Assembly (NCBI RefSeq): GCF_006345805.1
Contig: NW_021836303.1
Location: 10,025 to 74,024, forward strand
DNA length: 64,000 nt
Direction of reading: 5' to 3'
Source of the DNA: Octopus sinensis
Taxonomy: Eukaryota
Shown here: positions 26,121-40,221 of the stretch, piece after piece
Layout: each line of letters begins with the position of its first letter
How positions within the stretch are numbered: the stretch's first letter is position 1
Made by a program: the position numbers and the translations under genes
The notes under the pieces: model-generated
Told to the model about the DNA's origin: nothing
What the model saw: only the letters and a program-made list of their open reading frames with translations
The model's database searches: none

Positions 26121-26639
26121 TTTTGCTATTAATAATCATTCATTAAGGCGGCGACGTAGCTGAATCGTTAGCAGGCCGGGCGAAATGCTTAGCAGTATTT
26201 CGTCAGCCGTTATGTTCTGAGTTCCAATTGTGTCGAGGTCGACTTTGCTTTTCCTCCTTTCGGGTGTCGATAAATTAAGTACCAGTTGCGTACTAGGGTG
26301 AATCTAATCGACTGGACCCCATCCCACCAAATTTCAGGCCTTGAGCCTTGAGTAGAAAGGATTATTTATCATTGATTGACTTCATTAAAAACATTAACAT
26401 GAAATAACCTTCGCAATGACAAGAAGAGGAGCGACAATATACATAATAATAATCTTTTTTACTATATGCACAAGGCCTGAAATTTTGGAGAGTATGGGTG
26501 TAATGTGTTATATCTACCCCCAGTGCTCAACTGGTGCTTATTTTATCGATCCAGAAAGGATGAAAAGCAAAGTCGACCTTGGCGGAATTTGAACTCTGAA
26601 CGTAACGGCTGACGAAATACCGCTAGCGATTCAGAGAAG

Positions 26640-27330
26640 CTCACCGCTTTTAAGAACCCACAGAATAACAACAAGAACAATAGCAAAAAAGAAGAATAAA
26701 AAAAAAACCTTTGAAGGCTTCTGAGTGAGGTCAAGCTACCAGAGGAGAAAACAAAAGAGCTCATTGGTTATCAAAACATTTTTTTTTTAAAGGAAAAAAC
26801 GGAAAGGATAAAGAGCTCCAATAATCATGGAGGTCTTGGAGTTTCGTGGACATAAAAAAAAAAAAAAAATGGAGTGGTCACGATTGGAATGTTTTTGAAA
26901 ACAGAAATGCTTCGTCAGGTTAGGTCTGGTGTTAAAAAAAGCAACAAAAACAGCAATTACGAACGGCAAGAGCAGCAACAACCCCCAGAATAACAACAAG
27001 AACAATAGCAAAAAAGAAAAGAAAAGAGCTTTGAAGGCTTCTGAGTGTGGCCAAGCTACCGGAGGAGAAAACAAAACAGCCAAATATCCCTCAAGTCGCA
27101 CGTTCGGTTTTTTTTTTTTTTAAAAGGAAAAAAACGGAAAGGATAAAGAGCTCCAATAATCATGGAGGTCTTGGAGTTTCGTGGACATAAAAAAAAAAAA
27201 AAATGGAGTGGTCACGATTGGAATGTTTTTGAAAACAGAAATGCTTCGTCAGGTTAGGTCTGGTGTTAAAAAAGCAACAAAAACAGCAATTACGAACGGC
27301 AAGAGCAGCAACAACCACAAGAATAACAAC
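26640..27330. repeat. ~330-bp tandem duplication
   Basis: aaaggaaaaaacggaaaggataaagagctccaataatcatgg at about 26789 and 27122; cagaataacaacaagaacaatagc at about 26661 and 26986. Confidence 0.9.
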
Positions 27331-27389
27331 AAACAGAATTAATATATTGGATTACCTAAATTTAATGTAGAGGTTTAGTTAATATTAGT

Positions 27390-28301
27390 TAGTATTCGGG
27401 ATGGGTGGTAATGGTTGTGATGGCGGTGGTGGTGGTGGTGGAGGTGGTGGTGGTGGTGGTGTTGGTGGTGGTGGTGGAGGTGGTGGTGGTGGTGGTGGTG
27501 GTGGTAGTGGTGACAATGGGGTGGTGGAGAAAGTAATGGGTGTGGGGTGAGTGGAGTTAGTGGCGGCGAAAGTAGCAGATGGTAATGGTAGTGGTGATGG
27601 TGGTGGTGGCGGTGGTGGTGGTGGTGATTGTGGTGGTGGAGAAGAAGTAGTTGTAGAAGTAGTAGTAGTAGTAGTAGTATTAGCAGTAGTAGTGGTGGTG
27701 GTGGTGGTAGTGGTGACAATGAGGTGGTGGCGAAAGTGGCGGTAGTGTTAGTGGCGGCGAAAGTAGCAGATGATAATGGTAGTGGTGGGAGAAAAAGTAG
27801 TTGTAGTAGTAGTAGTATTAGTATTAGTAGTAGTAGTAGTGGTAGTGGCAGTGATGGTGATGGTGGTGTTAACATGAATGATACCAATGACGACGGTAGT
27901 TTCGATGATGATGATGATGATGTTCATAATGGCAGCGGGCGGTAACGATAATGAAGATGATGACAATGATAATGATGGTAATGACGATGACGATGGTGAT
28001 GGTGGTGATGGTGAGTATGGCGACGATGATGATGACAATGATGATGATGGTGACGATCTTCAAATGATGAAGAGGAAAACGATGACGATGAATGAAGATG
28101 AAGATGACGATGACAATGACAACGATGATGCTGACGATGACAATGTCGATGACGATGACGAATTTGATGGAGGAAAAAATAGTAATTCTGGCAATAATAT
28201 AGAAGTAGCAGCAGCAGCAGCAGCAGCCGAAGCAGCAGCAGCCGCAGCAGCAGCAGCCGCAGCAGCAGCAGCCGCAGCAGCAGCAGCCGCAGCAGCAGCA
28301 A

Positions 28302-28338
<37 letters not shown>

Positions 28339-28406
28339 TGTAGTAGTAGTAGTACAAGTAGAAGTAGAAGTAGTATTAGTAGTAGCAGCATCAGTGGCAG
28401 AAGTAT

Positions 28407-28447
<41 letters not shown>

Positions 28448-28470
28448 GTAGTAGTAGCAGCAGCAGTGGC

Positions 28471-28508
<38 letters not shown>

Positions 28509-28599
28509 CAGTAGTAGTAGTAGTAGTAGTGGCAGCTGCAGCAGCAGTAGTAATAGCTTTAGTACTGGCAGAAGTAGTATTAGCAGTAGTAGTAGTATT

Positions 28600-28676
<77 letters not shown>

Positions 28677-28755
28677 CAGTAGTAGTGGCAGCTGCAGCAG
28701 CAGTAGTAATAGCTTTAGTACTGGCAGAAGTAGTATTAGCAGTAGTAGTAGTATT

Positions 28756-28813
<58 letters not shown>

Positions 28814-28926
28814 ATGAATGGTGACTGAAAAATTTGCTGCCAAAGCAGTTGGAAGCTGCTAAAACAGCAGTCCCTGTACTAACAAATGTTATTAGCAGTA
28901 ACAACAGCAATAGCAGAAGCAGCAGC

Positions 28927-28958
<32 letters not shown>

Positions 28959-29152
28959 GAGGAGGAGGAGTGGTATGAATGGCAGCTTCAACAGTAGTAC
29001 TTGTAGTAAAAGTAGTAGCAGCATCGGTGGTATCTCGCAGCAGTAGTAGAATACACGGCAGCCGCTTCAGGAGCAGCAGTAGTGGAGCAATCACAGCAGA
29101 CGATGCAGCAGTATTCGCAGTAGCAGAGTTAGTAGCGGTGGGAGTAGTTGCG

Positions 29153-29188
<36 letters not shown>

Positions 29189-29430
29189 ATAGTAACAGTA
29201 TCAGCAGCAGTGGTAAAGGCTGCAGCGGCAGAAGCAGTAGTACTAACAGCAGCAGCAGCAGTAGTTGCAGCAGCACAAATGGCAGCATTTGCAGTAGCAG
29301 CCAGTGGTATAAGCAGCAGCAGTAGTAGTAGCGGTAGTAGTAGTAGTAGCAGTAGTAGTTGTAGTAGTAGTAGTAGCGGTAGCAGTAGCAGTAATAGTAG
29401 TAGCAGCAGCAGCAGTAGCAGTAGTGGTAA

Positions 29431-29470
<40 letters not shown>

Positions 29471-29650
29471 TGTAGTAGTAGTAGTAGTAGTAGCGGCAGT
29501 GGCTGTACTAGGTTTAGTAGTAGTAATAGTAGCAGCAGTAGTAGTAGTAGTAGTAGTTAGTAGTAGTAGTAGTAGTAGAGTGGCAGCTGCAGCAGCAGTA
29601 GTAATAGCTTTAGTACTGGCAGAAGTAGTATTAGCAGTAGTAGTAGTATT

Positions 29651-29708
<58 letters not shown>

Positions 29709-30422
29709 ATGAATGGTGACAGTGAAAAATTTGCTGCCAAAGCAGTTGGAAGCTGCTAAAACAGCAGTCCCTGTACTAACAAATGTTATTAGCAGTAACA
29801 ACAGCAATAGCAGAAGCAGCAGTAGTAGTAGTAGTAGTAGTAGTAGTAGGAGGAGGAGTGGTATGAATGGCAGCTTCAACAGTAGTACTTGTAGTAAAAG
29901 TAGTAGCAGCATCGGTGGTACCTCGCAGCAGTAGTAGAATACACGGCAGCCGCTTCAGGAGCAGCAGTAGTGGAGCAATCACAGCAGACGATGCAGCAGT
30001 ATTCGCAGTAGCAGAGTTAGTAGCGGTGGGAGTAGTTGCGGTAGTAGTATAGTAGTAGTAGTAGTAGTAGTAATAGTAACAGTATCAGCAGCAGTGGTAA
30101 AGGCTGCAGCGGCAGAAGCAGTAGTAGTAGTAGTAGAGTAGTAGTAGTAGTTAGTAGTAGTAGTAGTAGTAGTAGTTAGTAGTAGTAGTAGTTAGTAGTA
30201 GTAGTAGCGGTAGCAGTAGCAGTAATAGTAGTAGCAGCAGCAGCAGCAGTAGTTGCAGCAGCACAAATGGCAGCAATTTGCAGTAGCAGCCAGTGGTATA
30301 AGCAGCAGCAGTAGTAGTAGCGGTAGTAGTAGTAGTAGCAGTAGTAGTTGTAGTAGTAGTAGTGGCAGCTGCAGCAGTAGCAGTAATAGTAGTAGCAGCA
30401 GCAGCAGTAGCAGTAGTGGTAA

Positions 30423-30482
<60 letters not shown>

Positions 30483-30525
30483 CGGCAGTGGCAGTACTAG
30501 GTTTAGTAGTAGTAATAGTAGCAGC

Positions 30526-30574
<49 letters not shown>

Positions 30575-30580
30575 AGAGGA
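27390..30580. repeat. 3.2-kb compound trinucleotide array (GGT, GAT/GAC, GCA, AGT) with internal ~0.9-kb higher-order duplication
   Basis: Seen directly; unique anchors aatgaatggtgac..aaaatttgctgcc at about 28812 and 29709; gcacaaatggcagc at about 29273 and 30261. Confidence 0.95.
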
Positions 30581-31129
30581 GGAGGAGGAGGGGATAGGGA
30601 ATTGGAGGGGGAAAAGAAAGAGCTGATAGGGGAAGGGAGAGAAAGACGAAGAAAAAGAGGAGAAAGAAGGGGAGTAAGAAGCGGAGGTGGAAGAGGAAGG
30701 GGAAAAAGGGATGAAAGAGGAGGGTGAGTAGAAGGATAAGGTGCAGCAGCAGCAGCAGCAGCTATTGTCGTCATCATTTGAGGGTGCAAAGCTGAGTGAC
30801 AGAGTCGGTGAAGCAATGGACATGTTTCGCAGAATTCAGATATTTCGAGTTCAAAGTTTGTCCATTTCTCACCATTCTCTTTTACGCATTTGATAAAGTA
30901 AGAGATCCCAGTGATATACTTGGGTCTTGTAAGTAATTGTAAACCTTTCGCAATGTGACAATGTTAGAAATGATTACAATAAATGAGCACGGCGGACAAT
31001 GAATGTGGATAGATTGCCAGACAAATATCTTTGCAGTTACTTCCCTTTACAATTTTAGTCCGAGCTTTGTCGCTGTACACTGGGCCATCAAAAGATTCCC
31101 AGGGCTCCATGAGATCAGTGCCATTTAAG

Positions 31130-32140
31130 TATTACATACATACAACATACATGCATACTGCATACATACATACATGCATGCATATTGCATACATGTATAC
31201 ATGCATACATACTGCAGACATATTGCATGCAGACATACTGCATACATGCATACATACCTACTGCATACATACATATTCGATATATACATACTGCATATAC
31301 ACATACTACATACGTAAATACAGCATACATATATACATGCATACATACTGCATACACGCATACAAACCCACTGCATGTATACATACATACATACTGCATT
31401 CATACATCATACATATTCGATACATACATACTACATACACGCATGCATACGTACTGCATACATATATACTGCACACATGCATACATACTTACTGCATACA
31501 TACATATTCGATATATACATACTGCATATACACATACTACATACGTAAATACAGCATACATATATACATGCATACATACTGCATACACGCATACAAACCC
31601 ACTGCATGTATACATACATACATACTGCATTCATACATCATACATATTCGATACATACATACTACATACACGCATGCATACGTACTGCATACATATATAC
31701 TGCACACATGCATACATACATACTGAATACACACATATATACGTACTGCATACATACATACTGCATTCATACATCATACATATTCGATACATACATACTA
31801 CATACACGCATGCATACGTACTGCATACATATATACTGCACACATGCATACATACATACTGCATACATACATATATACGTACTGCATACATACATACTGC
31901 ATTCATACATCATACATATTCGATACATACATACTACATACACGCATGCATACGTACTGCATACATATATACTGCACACATTCATACATACATACTGAAT
32001 ACACACATATATACGTACTGCATACATACATACTGCATAATACCTACATACACACTGCATAGATACATGCATACATATAAACATACATATATACATACAT
32101 GTATGCATACATACATGCATGCGTACATACGCACATACAT
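31130..32140. repeat. CATA-derived minisatellite (ACTGCATACATAC subunits, ~206-bp and ~110-bp higher-order units)
   Basis: catattcgata anchor recurs at about 31273, 31414, 31503, 31644, 31780 and 31915. Confidence 0.9.
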
Positions 32141-32224
32141 ACGCAGCTTTGCGTGTCGTTTTGGCAGACGGAATCTGGAAAAGCCCATTGTATATATATG
32201 TTTTATATATATTTATGTGTGTGT

Positions 32225-32425
32225 ATCTGTTTGTCACCCCGCCATAGCTTGATAACCGATGGTGGTGTGTTTATGTTCCCGTGACTTAGCGATTCCGAAA
32301 AAGAGACCGGTAGAATAAGTACTAGGTTTACTTAAAATAAGATCTGAGGTCGATTTCTTCGGCTAAAACCATTTACGAGAGTGCTCCATCATGGCCACAG
32401 TCACATGACTGAAACAAAGTAAATG
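32225..32425 (+). mobile_element. 3' half of SINE family D, degenerate
   Basis: gcttgataaccgatggtggtgtgtttatgttccc..gaataagtactagg..cacatgactgaaacaa. Confidence 0.65.
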
Positions 32426-32443
32426 AATAAAAGAATGCATTCG

Positions 32444-32478
<35 letters not shown>

Positions 32479-32829
32479 TTCGATCTCAGATCAGGTCACT
32501 TGCTATGCAAGTACATCTCCGTAAGAATATATATATGTATATACATACATACACATACACACACACACCACACACACACACATATATATATAGCGAGAGA
32601 GAGAGAGAGATCCATATACACACACGTATATGGTAAAGATCAATTCCTTGAATGAAATTTTGTAGACCAAAATTCTGTGGTAGAGTAGGAAAGCCATTCT
32701 TGATCAGTGATATTAAATTTAGCTCAATGCGGCTTAAAAGTACTCAACGGTGATGAGTACCGATATAACCTTATTACCAGTTCCAATATACTTGAAACTT
32801 ATTCGAAACCGTAAGAACCCCATCCGCTG

Positions 32830-33180
32830 CATTTGGCTGCATTTTACTGCGGCCAGGCCACCGATTAGCCCAGCTTCTTACAGTACGTTGACTTCAATAT
32901 GATAAGAAAGACTTGGCTTCTCGTCGTCAGTTTGGAGCGTCTCTCTATCCCGTACTCGATGCTGAAGAGCGTAAAATTACTCCGAAATGAATGCGTCCAG
33001 TGATTTGGGTAGCCGGTGCTCCAGGTTAACTTGGCGTGTTTACACCATTTTATCCAGAGCGAAAATGTTTCTACATCAGAAAATGCAGTGAATAACTTAC
33101 GTAACGCTTTCGAATGTATTTCCCAAGCGTATTCGAACTGGTAACAAGTGTATCTATTCGTCTTCCGGTTCCACACCATT
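32830..33180 (-). mobile_element. Possible degenerate RTE-type LINE ORF2 C-terminus
   Basis: IKWCKHAK followed, after a frameshift, by EHRLPK loosely resembles LRW.GHV.RM...RLPK; weak. Confidence 0.25.
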
Positions 33181-33849
33181 ATGTATCTATGAGTGTGTCG
33201 TTGGTAATTTTCACTCTGTTGTAAGCTTTTAGGTCACTGTTTCCTGTTTATGGATATCATTCGTCTTTCCTTGTCCCAATTTTGGAGGCCTTGGGAAACG
33301 TCATGGTCCCTGGCTGTTCTTTCTCCGTTGAGTAAGCGATAAAAAAATATCCTGGGGTTTATTTAATTAAATTATTCCGTTAAAGATTATGGACTTAAGT
33401 TTTTGCTAGAAATTCTTTTTATGTACACTGTAATTAGTATAAATTTCTTTATCTTCTCAACTGAAGCCATACGCCGGCTGAAATCCACCATTTTTTTAAA
33501 ACAGAGATAAAATTATTACTAGTGTAATCAATGAATTGACAGAATCGTAAGATGTTGGATAAAATATATTGTAGTCATCTATATACCACATGTAACATAT
33601 ATGCACCACTGACGGGCATGACGCTGTCAGTTTTATCTGTGAGAAATTGCTTTCATAGACGTGTTAAAAATACAATATATATATCGGAGCGAGATGAACA
33701 TCGTCTCAGCAGTGACTCACGAGAATATCTGACGTGTTTCGGTTTGTTTCTGCCTTGTCAGTGACTTATAATCGTCAGTCGAGCGTCTAGACGAAATCTG
33801 ATGCCCCCAGAACAAGACCAGCAATTTCAAATGAGGGGATAAGTCTATT

Positions 33850-34690
33850 AAATCACCCTCAGTGCTCAACTGGTACTTATTTTATCGATCCTGAAAGGAT
33901 GAAAGGCAAAGTCGAGCTCAGCAGCGTCTGAACTCCGAACTTAAGCACAGACGAAACACCGCTAAGCACTTTCCCCGACTTAAGGCCCTCAAAAATATTA
34001 ATAAACAATGACTTTAAATTTTGGTACAAGGCCAGCAATTTCAAGGGTGGGGTTAAGTCGATAACATTCACCCTAGTACTTGACTAGTATCTATTTTATC
34101 GACGTCGAAAGGATGAAAGGCAAAGTGGAATTTGAACTCAGAACGTAAAGATGAATGAAATGTCGCTGAGCCCTTTTCCCGGTACAGCAAGGTGTCTGCC
34201 AGATCGCCGCCTTAAAACGAGTGTTAATGAATAATATTAATAAACGATACAGAGCGGCAAGCTGGCACAAACGTTAGCACGCCGGGCGAAATGCCTGGCA
34301 GTATTTCGTCTGTCTTTACGTTCTGAGTTCAAATTCCACTGAGGTCGACTTTACCTTTCATCGTTTCGGGGTCGATAAATTAAGTACCATTTACGTACTG
34401 GGGTCGATCTAATCGACTGGCTCCCTCACCACAAATTTCGGGCCTTGTGCCTAGAGTAGAAAAGTATATTAATAAACGATACGTTCATTAGTATTGCGGC
34501 GAACTGGCAGAAACGTTAGCATGCCGGAAAAACTTTTTAGCAGCGTCTCGTCCCTCTGTGTTCAAATTCCACTGAAATCGACTTCTCCTTTCATCCTTTC
34601 GGTGAAGTAAATACTAGTAAAGTGCTGGAGTCGGTGACATAACTTGCTTCCTCCCCTCAAAATCTACTGGCTCAGTACCAAACTTTGAAA
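33850..34690. mobile_element. Cluster of four family A SINEs (two minus, two plus)
   Basis: Core motif on both strands at about 33870, 34100, 34330 and 34570. Confidence 0.8.
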
Positions 34691-35863
34691 TAATTAATGT
34701 TGCGAAAAGCCGCTGAACCGAATAAAAATTCGGTGTATGCAGTTGAGACAACATTAAATCATGATATCAATCTACGTATTCTACTTATCATGCATACACA
34801 ATAGATAGGCAAAATGCTATGGTATTTGTCTGAGAGACAATTTCTCCAGAAACCAAGCTGTATTAAAAATATTATAGATGTCGGATCAAAACGAACTTAA
34901 TCCAGCAGTGTCCTACGAGAAGATTTGCTGATCGTTTGAGTTAAACTCTTGTGGTTGATTTCACTCCTGATTCTTTTAAAGTCGATAAGATGCAGTATCA
35001 ATCGTGAGATCAAAGTGAGTCGAATAGTTAGAGTACAGAGCAAGAAGCTTCAGCGCATTTGATCCCCGCTTCTTTATTTTATCTATGTGTGTGTGTGTTC
35101 GGAGTATTTGGATGTTAGACTAAGCTCCCTGTCTGCTTTAACATCAGTATTACGTCCCTGCTTATCTTTAGCGGTTTTCCCTGAGTTGCAAGCAATCGAA
35201 CCAGCGCTTTGGCTTTAACGATAACATGCTCCCACCCTCATTTTAACCTCTGAAGCACTCCCTCATTTTAACCTCTGCAGCCCTCCTTCATTCTAACCTC
35301 TGTAGCCCTTGAAAGCAACATATATACATATAAGTGTCGCTCTTTCTTCTCTGACTCGGCGATGAAAAAATATACTAGAATTATTTTTTACGTCTGCAAT
35401 CTACCCCACAAATTAGGGGTATTGCGTTTTTGCTTGATGTCATTATTACGTAGAAGATTTGAAAAATAAGTACTTTAGATCAAAGCAATGTTCTGGTTGG
35501 GTGCTGGAGCACTTGATATTTTAGCAGTCAACAACAATATGTGTTGCATTTCTCATCACAAAATTCAAGAGAAATACAAGTTATAGGTATACTTAATGCT
35601 CCGTTAAGTAACAATCTTCTGGGTGCCTATCCTTCAGCATGGTCCACATGTGCCGCATAACCTACATAGTCCTTACTCTATGTACACACTGACAACCTCC
35701 CCCGTTTGTACTTTCTAGAACAACAGTAAACAACGAAATTCTATCTACACATTAAGACATGTATGTGTATATATGTTGGTAGATATGCCCGAACGTACGT
35801 ACGTGTAGATATGTACGCATGCGTACGTCTACTTATACATATATATATACATACATACATACA

Positions 35864-35910
<47 letters not shown>

Positions 35911-36881
35911 GCATGCATGTGTGTATGTGAATTTGTGTACGCATATTTGTGTACCTGTTCATATAAGTATATATGTACGTGTGTAGGTAGGCAGGTACGT
36001 AAACAAAACGGGTGCGACGCAAACTAGTTGGTAGGTAGTAGGGTAGTAGGGCAGATATGTATGTATAATGGGATCTGATTGGTTCGTGTATTTCTACACA
36101 TATTTTTATATTATTTTTTATTACTTTATTTATTGTCATCGTTGCAGTCACTATTCCTGTTTACATAAACAATTATATAATGTCATATATATATATATAT
36201 ATATGTATGTAATTATGTATGTATGTATGTATGTATGTATGTATGTATGTATGTATGTATGTATGTATGTATGTATGTATATAAGTTAGGGTAGATTTGT
36301 TGGTGACAACCTTGAGATGTTACGAGGTGTTTACATGTTTTTGGTGTAATGTTGTCTGCATAAAATGGTGTTGTTTTTGTTCCTAATTCTGACACAGGTT
36401 GTCATGCTGATGACGGAGGAGTTTGTTATCGAATCCAGGTGTATGACCGCTATTTTATTTTCTTACTCCCTGAAGAATCTATGATAATGTCGTGACACCT
36501 TACGCAAGTGTCTTCTAAAAGCCTCATGTCAACCAACGTCCTGTGAGTGACATTGGTAGACGAAAACTGTTAGATCAACGTCGTATCTATAAAGAAAAAA
36601 AGAGAGTCACTTACTTTAATGTGTTTTTTTTGCATAATATTATTGCCCGAGGTTACCGTGGTCTTTTCCGTAGGCTTTTCTTTCCACGGATAAACCTAAC
36701 CTGTTTCCCCCTTTTAGATTATGACATTTCTGTGTTACACGATCCCTATTGATCGGCTTTTTTTAAAATCCATTTTGATTAAAATTCTCCCTTTGTCTTT
36801 TTTTCTTCTTCCCAAAAAGAAAATCCCTACTTTGTACTTTGTCCCCTCTGTGTTCAGCTCTGTGTGGTCAGTAAAGAAACA

Positions 36882-36956
<75 letters not shown>

Positions 36957-36989
36957 TGCCGTTAGCGATTTTTTTCCTCTGTCTTCCCT

Positions 36990-37150
36990 TCTCTGGATCT
37001 TTCCTTCTCCTATGTTTCCGACGAAGAGCTCCGCTCGAAACGTTAAACCCTCCTTCTTTCCTTCTTTCCTGAGCGTCTAATAATACTATATTTGTTCCAC
37101 GTCCTCGCGTTGTTGTGTTTTGTTTGTGCTTTCCTGTTTGGATTAAATTT
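36990..37150 (+). mobile_element. Short repeat family F carrying a hammerhead-like motif (37014-37048)
   Basis: GTTT CCGACGA A GAGC tcc GCTC GAAAC GTT AAAC; paralogues at 59050 and 345; flanked by (TCTA)n. Confidence 0.65.
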
Positions 37151-37177
37151 ATCTATGTATCTATCTACCTATCTATA

Positions 37178-37246
<69 letters not shown>

Positions 37247-37283
37247 GTCTGTCTATCTATCTATTTCTTCCACTCTCTCTATG

Positions 37284-37355
<72 letters not shown>

Positions 37356-37386
37356 TACATATATATATACATGTATATATACATAT

Positions 37387-37448
<62 letters not shown>

Positions 37449-37930
37449 ATGTATGTATTAGAATAGTATAATTTGCATGGAGCATTGTCTGATATAGATA
37501 AATGCTTTTAATGTTTCTTATAAAGCCAAAACAGTGCAAGTTATAAGGAATAATACAAGTCAATGATTTGTACTTTCACTTTCCCTTTCAATATTCCGAG
37601 GTGTGTGCTTCTGAGCCTTTGTTTATCTACCACCCAGCTCCATCACTTAGCAATTGGTACTTGCTCGTTCCTGTAACTTGGTGGTTCGGCAAATAAGATC
37701 GATTATATATATATTGCAGACTTTATAAAAAGTGCAAGCTGATCCACTAAATTTAGGAATTGGTGCAGCTTGATAATTAACAAACATAAAATAGCATAAT
37801 AATCAAATGGCGCTATATGGTCTCGTTTTATCATCATCACCGTCCTGTCGATTCTGTCACATGATCGCCTCAATTGAAGTATAATAATCCCTCGCCATAT
37901 CGCAGTTCACCTATCGCGGTTCGCCTATCA

Positions 37931-38256
37931 GGCTCAGTGGTTAGAGCGTCGAACTTATGACCATGAGGTTGTGAGTTCGAATCCCGGACCGGGCTGCGTG
38001 TTGTGTACTTGAGCAAGCCACTTTATTTCACGTTGCTCCAGTTCACTCAGCTGTAGAAATGAGTTGCGATGTCACTGGTGCCAAGCTGTATCGGCCCCTG
38101 TGCCTTTCCCTTGGATAACATCGGTGACGTGGAGAGGGGAGGCCGGTATGCATGGGCGACTGCTGGTCTTCCATAAACAACCTTGCCCGAACTTGTGCCT
38201 GGGAGGGTAACTTCCTAGGTGCAATCCCATGGTCAGTCATGACGGAAGGAGGTCTC
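37931..38256 (+). mobile_element. SINE, head H2 (CORE-like) with tail T3
   Basis: Paralogue of 7584-7914. Confidence 0.82.
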
Positions 38257-38694
38257 CGAGTGTGAAACAATATATTTCACTGTTGACTTCACACACACAC
38301 ACACAGGTATCTCTCTCATGCACACACATTCATGCTCATACACATACGTATAAACACATACATGTAGACACACAAGAAATTGGCAAACTGCGGCTCACGG
38401 AAGTCAACGACCATATGTCAAACTTGCAAATGGTTTGGGAGATCATTAAAACTTTGAATCTTGCGTTACTGATTGTTTTGGGGAAGCCCCGTTCTCGGTT
38501 GTCTCTCGGACGTATTATTTCTGCTTCGTCTCTGTGTCAGGAATACCTGGTTGAGCAAAGGCCCATGAGAAATGCGCAGATCACTCAGTCGGTATTGGTT
38601 AAATATTTTTTCTTCTTAGTAAATAACTTTTTACGTTGTATTGCAAGAAACATTCTATTTTAAACTGGTAGCGGTTTGAAATGTGAATAACAAG

Positions 38695-38698
38695 CTCA

Positions 38699-38737
<39 letters not shown>

Positions 38738-38870
38738 AAGCAGTAGTTGTAGTAGTATAGCAGCAGCAGCTGTAGTAGTAGTAGTAGTGATGGGAGTGGT
38801 GTTGATGGTTGTGGTTGGTTGTGGTAGTAGTAGTAGTAGCAGTCATAGTAGAAGCAGTAGTAGTAGTAGT

Positions 38871-38916
<46 letters not shown>

Positions 38917-39025
38917 TAGTAGTAGTGATGGAAGTGGTGTTGATGGTGGTGGTTGGTTGTGGTAGTAGTAGTAGTAGTAGTAGTAGTAGCAGTAATAGTA
39001 GAAGCAGTAGTAGTAGTAGTAGAAA

Positions 39026-39058
<33 letters not shown>

Positions 39059-39510
39059 TGTAGTAGTATAACAGCAGCAGCTGTAGTAGTAGTAGTAGTG
39101 ATGGGAGTGGTGTTGATGGTGGTGGTTGGTTGTGGTAGTAGTAGTAGTAGTAGTAGTAGCAGTAATAGTAGAAGCAGTAGTAGTAGTAGTAAAGCAGCAG
39201 CAGTAGTAGTAGTTGTAGTAGTAGTAGTAGTAGTAGTAGTAATGGTAGTGGTGATGGTGGTGGTGGATGATGGTGATGGTTGTTGTTGGTGGTAGTAGTA
39301 GTAGTAGTAGCAGCAGCAGCAGTAGTAGTGGTAGTAGTGGTGGTGATGGTGGTGATGGTGGGAATGGTGGTGGTGGTAGTAGTAGTAGTAATAGTAGCTG
39401 TAATAGTAGTAGCAGTAGTAGTAGTTGTGGTAGTGGTGGTGGTGGTGGTGGTGGTGGTGGTGTTAGTAGTAGTAGTAGTAGTAGTAGCAGCAGCATTTGT
39501 AGTAGTAGTA
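38695..39510. repeat. (AGT)n/(AGC)n/(GGT)n array with three internal repeated units
   Basis: gtgatgggagtggtgttgatgg anchor at about 38788, 38925 and 39098. Confidence 0.92.
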
Positions 39511-39789
39511 AAAGTCTCTTGTTTGACGGCGTGAAAGACGCATACTTGTAAACCCCGCCCCAGCGGTTATTCTAAAGAAAAACAAGGTTTCTAGTGCATA
39601 AAGTCATGTAGTATAGGGCTAACTTCACCTACAGAAGCCAGGGTGGGGGTTTTTTGACACATTTTCTTGTTCTTAGTTTTAAACGCGCATATTATAGGTT
39701 ATTAAGTGATGTAAGCGTTAATTTACGTTTAATAACCATATTACGTTTCTTATTCCTGTATTCATATTAATCCTATTATTCTCAGATTC

Positions 39790-40140
39790 TCGTAGTTCAC
39801 TGTTTCGATATTCCGATAATCCGATAATCCGAATTTCCAATATTCTGATATTTCGATATTACAATAGTTCAGTATTCTGATGTTCTGATATTCCGATATT
39901 CCGATATATCAGTAATCTATTAGATCAATATTCCTTTCATCCAATGTATTTATGATTTCCCATTCTTCCAGTTCTCCATTATTCTGATATTTCAGAATTA
40001 TTATATTCCGATTATTTTTATTCTCTTTTTGTCGTCCGGTATTCGTTTATATATCCCACTACTAGGATAATCCAATATCTGGTATTCCAATATTCCGAAC
40101 ATTGTACTACTGATATTCCGATATTCTTATAATAGAAAAT
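39790..40140. repeat. Degenerate cryptic repeat of TATTCCGA/TATTCTGA units
   Basis: More than 15 imperfect tattcc/tattct units seen directly. Confidence 0.75.
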
Positions 40141-40221
40141 ACTTATATTCCAGTATTTAAGTATTCCTAATATTTTATTATTCTTACATTTAAATACCTT
40201 TAATTAATATTTCCTTCTCGA

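Noticed and set aside
27878-29024. Long ORFs (316 and 366 aa) of poly-D/A/V and poly-L
   Set aside because: They are translations of triplet microsatellites, stop-free by construction
31185-32252. 355-aa HTYI-rich ORF and similar ORFs at 59584, 61518 and 5976
   Set aside because: CATA/CA microsatellite translation with no protein-like composition
32958-33005. Plus-strand CTGAAGA...CCGAAA motif
   Set aside because: Stems I and II pair poorly; likely chance
33725-33775. Minus-strand hammerhead-like CTGACAA GG..CC GAAAC AC GTC
   Set aside because: G8A core change, mismatched first pair of stem I and only a 2-bp stem II; too degenerate to count
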